From the human T2T-CHM13v2.0 reference genome, Homo sapiens, in NCBI RefSeq assembly GCF_009914755.1, contig NC_060932.1: DNA of 64,000 bases, one strand, 5' to 3'. Below, one piece after another: positions 28,975-41,209 of the stretch. A program made the translations under genes and the position numbers. Numbering within the stretch: the first letter of the stretch is position 1; each line of letters opens with the position of its first letter. The notes beneath the pieces were generated by a model. It was not told the DNA's origin and did not search any database. It saw only the letters and a program-made list of their open reading frames with translations.

Positions 28975-29589
28975 GAGCAGCCGGGATGCCGAAGGGAAGG
29001 CCCGGGGCACCAGCGATGGGCAGCTCAGAGCGGGCTATGGGGTAGGGAGGAAGCCAGAGGAGCAGATGCAGGCAGATCTGGAAAGACCTGGGTCACTCTG
29101 CTATGCTTCCCCTTCTCTTGAAAGCACTGGGGACTCAAGAGTCCTTTAACCAAAGGAATAATGGTATTGACAAATATCGACCTGGCAACAGGATAAAAGT
29201 GAGTTCCTTTGTTAGTTTGAATTGGAGGGAGGTAGAGGAAGGTAGAGGAAAGGAGGCTGGAGTTTTGAAGAGCACATTGGTGGTTTTGCTCCCGGCCTCC
29301 ACTCCTCCTCTCTTTCCCAGCAACCCTGTCCTGTTCTGTAGGGCCTGCTTCCTTTGTCCTCTGACCTCCAGCTGGCTTCATGAAATGGGCAGCAGCAGAT
29401 ATAGGAGGAGAAAGGCGAGTAAAATTGAGATATTTAATCCCTACCTACAGATTTGTGGGGGGCTAACAATCGCCATCGAAAAGCCCACAGTTCATGCTGA
29501 GTATCTCTCTCCACGCAACTCTCTCTGCATCTCTGGTGTTTGCTTCTTCCCCTTTTCCCTTTAGGGGTGGTAAAGTCTGCCAGGCATGG

Positions 29590-29962
29590 TTCTATGGTCT
29601 GAACGTTTGTGCCCCCCACTGCCCCCAAATACCTGTGTTGAAATCCTAACTCCTAAGGTGATGGTATTGGGAAGTGGGACCTTTGAGAGGTGATCAGGTC
29701 ATGAGGGAGGAGCTCCCTTTAATGGGATTAGCGCCCTTATAAAAGAGACCCCCACAGAGCTCCCTCCCCAATTCCACCATGGGAGGACACAGGGAGAAGT
29801 TGGCAGCCTGCTTCCTGGAAGAGCCCTCGCCAGCCCCTGGCCATGCTGGTGCCCTGACGCAGGATTTGTGGCCTCCAGAATTGTGAGAAATAAATTTCTG
29901 TTATTCATAAGCCACTCAGTCTATGATATTTTGTTATATAACAGCCTGAATAAACTAAGACA
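29590..29962 (+). mobile_element. MLT1A/MLT1A0-like solo LTR
   Basis: TTCTATGGTCTGAACGTTTGTG...AAACTAAGACA with perfect TSD CATGG (29585-29589, 29963-29967); probably nested in an older LTR. Confidence 0.88.
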
Positions 29963-30099
29963 CATGGGATATTGCATTTTTCCTTGTTTTTCTACACCAT
30001 GTCTGAACCTTTGTAAGAGTCCCTTAACTAAATTATCTTCAGAATGCCCAATCTGTATGTCATCTGTTTCCTGTCAGCACACAGGGCGCCTAACTTGGG

Positions 30100-30720
30100 A
30101 GGTTACTGCTGCGATGTAAGGCAGATGCCGCAAGGACCTAAACTAAGACTGCAGATAGGCAGAGGAAGCATCAGAAGGATTCGATGGAAAATTGATCACA
30201 GCTGATAAGCAATTGACTATGGGGCCATAAGTGAATGTCAAAGGTTATTCTCAGGTTTCAGATCTGGATTACCAGAGGATGCTGTCACTGTTCACCAAAA
30301 AAAATATATATATATGTATATATATGGCCAGAGGGATGTGAAGATGTTAAGCCAGGGTTGATCATGAGTTCAGTTTAGGAGAGAATATATTTGAGGTGCT
30401 TTACAGGCAGCAAAGTGTAAACACATTGATTCAGATCTCAGGACTGAGATAAGGCCTAAAGACATCAATTTGAGCGTCACTTGATGTACAGGCAGTATCT
30501 GAAGACAAGAAAGTACACGTGATCACCCAGAGATTTTAGGTAAAGAGGATCCGGGGAAACCTCACAGCTTAAGGGGGCGGGGGGGGGGGCAGGGCAGCAG
30601 AGGGGGAAGACAAGCTTGCAGAGAAAAAGATGATTTCAAGGATGGAGTGATCATTACTACCAGAATTACTAAGAAGTCGAATAAGAGAAAAACTTGGCTG
30701 TCCACAATAATTTAGCAACT
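30100..30720 (-). mobile_element. L2 fragment
   Basis: GAGTTCAGTTTAGGA...TTTGAGGTGCTT and TTTCAAGGATGGAGTGATCA motifs. Confidence 0.55.
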
Positions 30721-31331
30721 GCTTCTCATGGACGTTGACATATTGTAACTAAAATGCCACTTCCTCAGGTTGTCTCTATTTTTCTCCATTTTCTTCATAG
30801 GATTAATCATGATATTTACTTTTTATATGACAGCCTCACCCTCTAAAATGCAAACTCCACGAGGCACATCTTCTATTGCTTGTTCATCCTTACATCAAGG
30901 GAGCAAGCATGGTTGAATACGCATTGCTTAAGTGAAAGTCAAGGAACTAGGAGGCCATTATTATCTTTTGATGTTGTCTCAACCTAACCATCATCCAAAT
31001 TATTCTATTTATGTACTGTTAGGTGCCCCAGTCTCTCTGTCCTAGGTTTCTGGGCCTGAAAGAAAGTGTGCTGAAGCAGCAGGAAGTGATTCTGCACTGC
31101 TTGTCGCATTAGCCTCCCTCCCACCTGATGGTTGTGCCATCTTCATATTTTGTACGCTATTGACTAAGTGAACAGCTATTTTCATGTATTCCTTTAAAGA
31201 AATGATATATGAAAAATAACTTTCAGAATTATAGAATCTAAGAATCTAAGAGCAACAGATCAGTCAGCACCAGTCATTCTCTTATAATTTATCTTCCATT
31301 ACTCTACCGATTATTTCAGTCATATTAGTGT

Positions 31332-31723
31332 TGTTAAATTAAGATTAGCCTAAAGCTGTCTCCTTACATATTTCAAGTTTGGCCTAAAGGTTTCTTCGTA
31401 CATAGTGAACTGTAACCTAACTGTATGTGTAAACAGACTGTAACCTACTCTTGTAACACGCAGCTGAGTCTCAGCCAATTGCAGGTGGCCAACTGTTCAA
31501 ACAAGGCAAACTCCAAGCTATAACCAATCTGGCTGTTTCTCTACCTCACTTACATTTACTATACCTTATTTTCCCTTTTTCGCCCATAAACTCTGGCCAT
31601 GTGGCAGCACCTGAATCACTCTGAACCTATTCTGGTTGGGAGTAGAGATGACCAATTCACGAATTGTTACTTCCTCAGTTAAACTCTGTTAAATTTAATT
31701 TGTCTAAAGTTTTTCTTTTAACC
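31332..31723 (+). mobile_element. MER57-like ERV1 solo LTR
   Basis: TGTTAAATTAAGATTAGCCTAAAGCTG...AAACTCTGTTAAATTTAATTTGTCTAAAGTTTTTCTTTTAAC. Confidence 0.82.
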
Positions 31724-33609
31724 CTGTATTATAGAGATCAACTTATAAATTCACTCAGATGATTTTTAAAATCGACTTTAGATTTTTTTACATTTTTATT
31801 ATCTACAAGTTTTATGAAAATAATGATCATCTGCCTGTATCTGACATAGTACAAGAATTTAAGAAAAACTTAAATGTTTCCAAAAAGGAAGTAAATATAA
31901 GACTCCTCAGAGGGCAACACGATCTGGAAATACTTCAACTTCTTAGTAGGAGAAATAATCTCAAGATAGAAACTTAAAAAGTACAAGATGATAGAAGTAA
32001 GTATATAAGCAAATAAAAAACTATCTCATTTTCAGTTAATTTGAATAAAAACAGATATTTTGGTTATTAATTATGTGCTTCGAATTCCATTTTATAGTTG
32101 AACTTCAAAAAGTTTAATATTATATTATGTTCATAGAAAATCAAATGCAGATTTTCATACCTTTTCCTGTGACTTCAATCAGACATGCTCAGTGGTTTTC
32201 TACTCAGAATGTGCAAGTTAATCTCTATGTTGTAAATGGCACAAATTTCCACTAGCAGTACAACATAAAATAGCATGTCTGAGCTCACAAACCTATTCCT
32301 TCTTACTGGCATTTTTTAAATGCATGAGAATTTACTCATTTAAAAAAAATCCTTACAATTTTTTTCTACTTCTCAGTCAACCTAAGAAGCTGACTTGTTT
32401 TTTTTTTCATCAGTTTCTCTATGAAAATTATATGAAATAGAAAATAGACAATATTATCTATGTAAATGGTTTTTGCCCAGCTGTATTATGGGCACAAAAA
32501 TATTTATTTCTGTGATGTCAGACTACACCATATTTTCTCTTGAAATACATATTTCAGAATTAATCAAAGCAAAATTAATTTTTTTAGCATTGTTAAAGTA
32601 GAGAATTCAAACTTAAAGAGTCTGGGGGGAAAAGAGAGGAAAAGGCTGGAAATGGAGTCACAAAGTCCTACATAAATCTATATGAGGGATTGCACCTAGA
32701 AACAAGAATTTAGTTTGAGAGTTAATTTATTCAATGTGAGTGAAATTTCAAAGCTTCAATCACTGGCAGGTTTCAAGCATTCATTATAAGGTAATCTCCT
32801 TAAGATGGATTTTACCAATGATGACAATTCACTGAAATAACACATTTACAATTCATAATAAGTCAAAGATACAATTTAACAAATGAGAATTTCCAATATG
32901 ATGTTAAGATCAGCCCTCTGCATACATTCCTTGCTCCTCAGTGTTGTAGCCCATCAGTGCATGATGACAGTGCATTAACATGGCAGCAGAGAATGGCCAT
33001 CACCACGGCAGCCTGAACATGGTGCCTCTATGAGACTGTCCATGCAAGTGTCACCTGCCCTCCACCACCCAGCCACTGGCTCTGCCCAGTGACTGCCTTT
33101 CTCTATCAGAGCAATGGCCCCACATGCTAAACCACAAAGATCCACTCCAACTGACATACAAAAGTATCTGGCAGGTGGGGTGGAGCCCATGCCTGAGATG
33201 GACTAGCCTGGGGCAATTAAGGAGCCATTAGGTTGTGCCTCTGAAGATGTCTGCACACATTCAGGGACCAACAGACAGCTCATTTTCAGTCTCGTATTTT
33301 GAAAAACGCAGGAAATCTTACATTTGAAAAATCTGCACAGATGGTTTCTGGTACTTTTCTAAAGCATCCATATGAGAGCAGCCACAGATAGAAGGGAGGA
33401 CACAGCCATGTGTGTAGGTTTGTCTGAGAGAGAACACCAAGGCCCACTCTGGGATCAGCCACGATGCCATACTCCCTACAACTTACCTTCGAAAGAGATT
33501 TTCTTTGGGCCAAAAACTAAACTGAAGAATGTATTTCTAGGGAAAAATACACAGAAACACACACACACACTCATTTGTATCCATAGCTATACGGATATCT
33601 GTGTATGTA

Positions 33610-34130
33610 CAGTGGTCCCTGGGTATCTGTGAGGCATTGGTTCAAGGACCTTCCTCTGACACCAAAATTCAAGGATGCTCAAGTTCCTTATGTAAGATGA
33701 TGTAGTATTGGCATATAACCTACATGTGTATACTTTCAGTACTCCTGTATACTTTAAATCATCTCTAGATTACTTAAATACCTAAAATAATGCCTACACA
33801 TCACTTCATTCCCATGGATTCAATGAGGCACATGGTGTGAAATTCAACTTTTTCTTTTGAAACTTTGTAGGATTTTTTTTCCAAATATTTTCAATCCGAG
33901 GTCAGTTGAATCCAAATTTGAAACCCACAGATGTGATTGACTGTACTTTAAATCATCTCTAGATTGCTTATAATATAATATAATGTAAATGCTATGTAAA
34001 TAGTTGTTATTCTATATTGTATTTTTATTAGTATTATTTTAATTGTTTTTTATTGTTTTCTTTTAAATATTTCTATCTGTGGTTGGTTGAACTCTGAGAA
34101 TCAGAACCTGCAGATTCAGAGGGCCAACTG
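33610..34130 (+). mobile_element. MER2/MER2B-like Tigger DNA transposon (composite)
   Basis: TA|CAGTGGTCCCT ... AGGGCCAACTG|TA terminal inverted repeats with TA target duplication. Confidence 0.85.
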
Positions 34131-35819
34131 TACTTACATGTATATCTAAAAGAGGAAAAGGGAGTTTGAGAAGAATTGGGAGAATAGACCGTTAACAGGG
34201 AGTCCTGGCGAAGCTTGAGAGGAAGAAATGAAAAACACAATTCGCCAATTTGTCAGTTTGGCCAAATGGCATCTCAATCTTCCTCAATCTCTATAAATTA
34301 AATAAATGCACATGAAATTTAAAAGCAGTATAATTTTAATGGATCCATTTCTTAAAATTAGTTGACATTAAAAGACAGCATTTGTTACTGTATATTATTT
34401 GGTCATTTCAATTTCCAGAGATTAATAGGAGATAGCAAAAAATAATGCAAATAAAGGATACAAACACTCTGCCAATTGTTTGAATTAACTTCAAATTAGA
34501 ATTGCATTCTTCAAGTATGATGCTTTTCTGTTAAATGCTATAAGTGTCTTGGTTGTTTCACTGCCACTGCAAACAGAAATGCCAAAAAGAATGCTGGATT
34601 TCCATCGAGTTTTCACATGCGCCACATAGAGGCTGGGAAGCTTAGAGAAATATGACTTCGAACAGATAATGACTTCAGGCTCAGTCAATACTGCATGGAA
34701 ATCTACTAAACATTAGTAAGCTGGTGCTCTCTGAGTGTTGGGACTTTCTTTCAGGTTTAATGGCTAACATTCCATTTTTTTTGTCTTTTACAAAATGTCT
34801 GTAGCAAGTATGCATTAATTTTGCATTAAAAAAGTGAAACAAGCACAGTAATTTAAAAACACAAATGACATATTGGTTTAAGAGATGCCCAGCAGAGCTA
34901 CTTCTCCCACTGACAATGGAAAGGGAAGAGAAAGCCAAGAAAGAGGTTTTGACAATTGTCCTTTTCTTTTTCCTTCTGCCTGTAATGGAAAACACACAAA
35001 CACACATGCATGCAGGCGCACACGCACACACTGTGAGGGGTCTTCCGTGACAGCCTTGCTCCAATACGGGGATTTCCAAGTGGTTATAAAATGCCTTTTG
35101 AAGAAAATCCCACCATTTTGAAAGTCGCTGCTTCTTTTCTGACTGCCAAGTTGCAGCTCCCTGGTGAGTCATTGTGCAACAAAAATGGCCTTCTGGGCCC
35201 CCAGGCGCTACCTCGCCACACAAGCTGCCAGTCACCCAGACCTCCAGATGGCAACAGCAGGACTGAAGCTAAAGGGCAAAGACACTGGCGATTACCAGAG
35301 CAGAGAATGGGACAGAAATAGGAAATACAAACAAAGCAAAGTCTGAAAGGCGAGGGCCTACAACCTGGAAATCAGCGGGTGTTGGCATTCAGGAGAAAGT
35401 TCTTTTCCTTGGACTTCAATATACTTAATAGTAAATGAAAAAACTGAATAAAAACTTGCTGGATGGATTGACTAGGGGCAGAATCAGGATGCAGCTGCAA
35501 CTGGGAACCAGGCATCATGGAAATGCTATAATAATCCTCCAGTAAACTTTATCTGCTTTTAAAGAGAAAGTGCAGTAGTCTCCAGCTACCTGCTGCATGG
35601 TTCATGTTTTAGCTCTCCTTTCTCAGCTCATGGTGAAGTCAGCCTGAGAGTGTGGAACCTGATAGGAGGCCTCGCAATAAAAGTCAGTGCCTGGGGCCTC
35701 TCCCAGGGAGGAGCAGGTTTGCAGAAGAATAAACTTGAAATCAAACTCCCTGTGGGAACTGATAATTCCTAAAGAGAAGCAGTGAGGAACAGTGACTGAC
35801 ATTTTGTGCTCTGCACTCA

Positions 35820-35970
35820 TGCAGACTTAAGTTTGAATCCCAGATCCAGGTCCACCCTCCTAGCCTGCAAAATGAGAAACATAATAACACCTTCCTTCCC
35901 TTGTACAATTGTTCTGAGTGGTGCCCAGTCTGGATCTTCATGAGCACTCAAAAAATGTCGGTGGTTCTTA
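35820..35970 (+). mobile_element. MIR fragment
   Basis: GTTTGAATCCCAG...TGCAAAATGAG...AGCACTCAAAAAATGT. Confidence 0.55.
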
Positions 35971-36112
35971 TTAAAAGAATGGTGAATCTCCTGAGCTCCA
36001 GCATTCTTTTACGCAGGCAGATGCTTTAGTATTTCTTTATATTTCAAGAAGTATTTCTAGACTTGAAAGCACAGTTCTGAGAGTATGACCTGTAACATAG
36101 ATCAGACCTCTC

Positions 36113-37187
36113 ATAGGATTCAGAAAATGATACCCCAAAGTGATAGCCTCCAAACTAGCCTCAGAAGCAAAGTCTCTCTCTGACCTGCTCTTCTGTCTCT
36201 CACCATTCATTCTCCCTCAAGTCTAGCCATAATAACTAGAATTCTTCTTCCCCAAGGTGGACATAGAAACTAGAATTCTTCTTCCCCAAGGTGGATGTAG
36301 AAACCAGAAGGCCCTTTCCCTAAAGTCAGCAATAAACCATAAAAATATTTCTCCAGCCTTCCCTGCCTTTCTGTGTAAGGGCTGGCCATAAAGAAATTCT
36401 CTGACCTATTTTGTTTAATGGTAGATCACATGACCCCCTTTACAGAAAGGGTTTAGCCTCACACCCTGGAGAAAGGAACGCTGCATGAAGAGGCCAAGAA
36501 GAATCTGAGCAGACAGGCCTTGCCAGGTAATATGATTTGGGTCTGTGTTCCCACCCAAATCTTATGTCCAATTTTAATTCCCAATGTTGGAGGTGGGGCC
36601 TGGTGGGAGGTGATTAGATCACGGGGGTGGATTTCCCCTTCGGTGCTCCTCTCATGATACTGAGTGAGAGCTCATGAGATCCAGTTGTTTAAAAGTCTGT
36701 GGCACCTCCCCGCTTTCTCTTCCTCTTGCTCCAGCCATGTAAGGCATGCCTTCTCCCCCTTAGCCTTCCACCATGATTGTAAGTTTCCTGAGGGCTTCCC
36801 AGACATGCTTCCTGTACAACCTACAGAACCGTGAGCCAATTAAACCTCTTTTCTTTATAAATTGACCAGTCTCAGGTATTTCTTTATAGTAGTGCAAGAA
36901 CAAACTAATACACTGGGTTTTCTCACTCCGTCTGTTAGCATTAGATGATACCCTTTTCATCCAATCAGATTTCCACCCAGCTGCTCATTTTTCATCAAAC
37001 CTAGGCATAAAAATGGGCTGTTTCTCTATATTTGGAGGCCTTCATTTTGAAGGCTCCCATATCTCAAAAAGCTTTGATTAAATAAATCCGTTCTACTTTT
37101 CTATTGTTAGCCTGTCTTTTGTTACTGGAGTATCAGCCATCACCCTTATGATGGGGAAGGAAAGGCAACACACCATTTTGCCCTCAT
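36113..37187 (+). mobile_element. MER39-like ERV1 LTR split by an MST LTR
   Basis: TTCAGAAAATGATACCCCAAA start; AGACAGGCCTTGC resumes as CTGGGTTTTCTCACTC after the insert; subfamily uncertain. Confidence 0.65.
36528..36912 (+). mobile_element. MSTA/MSTB-like solo LTR
   Basis: TAATATGATTTGG...CCCACCCAAATCT...CTGTGAGCCAATTAAACCTC-like...AAACTAATACA. Confidence 0.88.
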
Positions 37188-37572
37188 ATCTCAAAAATTT
37201 TGTTGTGAAAACCTAGTTTTAAAAGAACACCTGAAAATATAGTTTTGAACAAAATGAAGGTGTTGTAAAGACAAATTTGGATAAAATTTGTCAATGAATT
37301 GAGAATAATAGCCAAAGACCAGATAAAATATATGGCCATGTCTTTTAGATATCCCAAAGTAATTTTCTATATTTTGACGGTTTCACGAATGCCTCTAATC
37401 CTGAAGAGGTCAAAAAAAATCTCAATATGTGAGATGGAAAATAAAGAAGTTTCCAAATCTGCTGTACACAACACTGTAGTTTATTCCTAGAGTGATTTTA
37501 GCTAACACATGGCCAACATTTTCCCGTAATTTCTTGCCTATTACTGTTTTCTCAGAATTCCAGGCATTATAA

Positions 37573-37941
<369 letters not shown>

Positions 37942-38530
37942 TAAATACTTTTATTGTTACAAAAATAGTTTCTTTTGACAACTGAATAAATTCCTTTTGT
38001 GCACTTCCTCAGGACAATATATTGTTATTTTTGTAAGCTGCTACAGATATGAGAATTAGATTGCTAAATACCAATGTTGTTTGCCCTTTAAGAGCTTAGT
38101 CATGGATTGATTCATGAGTCACACTTTTCATAATATTACTAATATACTATGAAATAAAGATGAACTACTTTCTATCTTGCTAATTCCTCCCTTTAAAAAT
38201 TGGTAGGAGCATATATCAAGTATATCTGTATTCAAATGGATTTTATAAATATTATTCTCAAATTTTCTCTGCTCTCATGCATAAGGATATATTACACATA
38301 TCTACACATCATAAAATTTCTACCCATCTGTAGATTCTAGAATAGTGGTTGATTGCTAAATAGTAATACACAAACATGTATTCTGTATAATATAAATAGA
38401 ATGATAACAACAGTTGGTATTCTAAAACTATAGAGCACTTAAAATAATTGCCTGTTATGTGTTGGTATAATTAAAATATTGTTGATAAAACTATTATGCA
38501 TTTATATAAAATAACATTACAAAAGAATGA

Positions 38531-38538
38531 GTGTGTGT

Positions 38539-38580
<42 letters not shown>
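38531..38580. repeat. (GT)n microsatellite
   Basis: About 25 GT units with one interruption. Confidence 0.92.
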
Positions 38581-38582
<2 letters not shown>

Positions 38583-38627
38583 AGCAAAAGCGTTATATAG
38601 TGCAGCAGAAATTCAGACTTTGGAGGA

Positions 38628-39517
<890 letters not shown>

Positions 39518-40329
39518 GAGGAATACTTTGTTGTTTGGGGTTATATAAATGCCTGAAAATCTGCAATGCAACAATGTATAAATTAAGCAATGTGGATTAA
39601 TATTAGAAATCACCTAGAACAATGCCTTACACATTTTTATTATGATGTATTAACATTTAAGAAGCAGAAACCTAATAAAAAGTGACTGCGTGATAACATA
39701 ATAGCCACGAACAACCAGATGAACAAGCGGTGGTAGAAAATGCTCTGGATAAGGACGTAAGGGAAGCTGGTGCTCCTACCAAGTGATCAATACAAATAGC
39801 TCACCTGGGCTCAGTTTCTTCTGCAAAGGAGTTAAGTGTACTAATTTATTTCTAATGATTGATAAAGACTAAACCAACTCTCAGTTCTCTGAAGGCACCT
39901 ACCCTGGGCCCACTCTGGCCGGAGCTCCTGCGCTCATTCTGCCTGCCTGCCCACTGGGCCACACTTGCTGGGCCCAGCTCACCCCAACATGGAACAAACG
40001 GGGGTGCTAAGCAGCTTAGCAGATTCACATTCATATCTAAGTGGAAAGACAAAAGGAACTGCTGCCTTCCCTTTATAGGTAGCTGTTCAAAACCTGCTCT
40101 GCTCAGTATAAAGCTTCTATTGTTACTTCAATAAGAAGTACAAAGGTTTCCATACTTCCTGGTTTAAAATTTCAATTTTCAGTTTTTGTTAGCCTGTATC
40201 TTCTAGCCGCACTACCCAAAGGGCCTCTTTCATTGTCCTCTCTCTGGCTACAGCCCCTAAGACGAAAAGCCTCTGCCTCTGCTGGAGAAAGCGATTCCCC
40301 AGGGCAGGGAACAGAGGCAGAGAGCAGCA

Positions 40330-40520
40330 CTCTGGGCCCCAGCTTGTTTAGGTCTGATGTTGGCACCACCCCTAAGGTAGCCTTGTTTCACCCAACCTTG
40401 CAGTGCCTCAGTTTCTCCAGTGGGTAATAGTAGTACCACAAGGAACTGTTAAAAAGATCACATGAATTCTGTATGCAAAGCACTTAGAAGAGGTGGTGGT
40501 AAGTGTCGCTAAGTCTTCCC
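40330..40520 (+). mobile_element. MIR fragment
   Basis: GCCTCAGTTTCTCCA...TGTATGCAAAGCACTTAGAA. Confidence 0.65.
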
Positions 40521-40894
40521 TATTCTGTTGCTCCAGGCTGTTTCACTCTCCACCTAGAAGCACATGTGTGTGCCTGTGCATGAGCATGCATGTGTATTTG
40601 GCACATTATCATATTAGCATGTAATTATGCATTCTCTGCCCTCCTCCATTGTGGGGAAGGTGTTGGAGGGCTTTTTATCTTTCACTGAGGACCATCCACA
40701 GCACCCAGCAGACCCGTGGGCACGCCTCTGGCTCCACATGTGCTCTCGGCAGGACCGAGTGTGCAGAGCGCAGCCCAGCTGTTGTGTTCCTCCCTTTCTC
40801 ACACTGTTATTTCCATTCTTTTGCTGTTTTGAAAAAGGGATGCCATAAAGTTTGTTTAAAGTGTGTGAAACTAGCAATCAGGATGAATCCACAA

Positions 40895-41209
40895 GCCAGG
40901 CATGGTGGGTGACTCACACTTATAATCCCAGCACTCTGTGAGGCCAAGGTGGAAGGCTCACTTCAGGCCAGGAGTTGGAGACCAGCCTGGTCAACAGAGG
41001 GAGACCCCATCTCTACAAAAATTAAAAAAGTAGCCTGCTGTGGTGGCGTATTCCTGTAGTCCCAGCTACTTGGGAAGCTGAGGTGGGAGGATCACTTGAG
41101 TCTGGGAGGTCAAGGCTGAAACAAGCTGTGATCATACCACTGTACTCCAGCCTGGGTGACAGGGCAAGACCCTGTCTCAAATTACAAAAAAAAAAAAAAA
41201 AAAAAAAAA
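40895..41209 (+). mobile_element. AluJ
   Basis: Diverged Alu with GGAGGATCACTTGAG, AGGTCAAGGCTG; TSD AATCCACA. Confidence 0.9.

Noticed and set aside
28548-29628. Cluster of 60-153 aa ORFs
   Set aside because: Explained by the GC-richer triplication and decayed repeats; no similarity to known proteins.
34681-35346. Overlapping ORFs up to 184 aa in non-repeat DNA
   Set aside because: No recognisable domain, CA-repeat-derived stretch, no clear splice frame; better read as regulatory DNA.
36233-36297. Tandem duplicate AACTAGAATTCTTCTTCCCCAAGGTGGA
   Set aside because: Lies within the MER39-like LTR; likely ordinary LTR-internal repetition.
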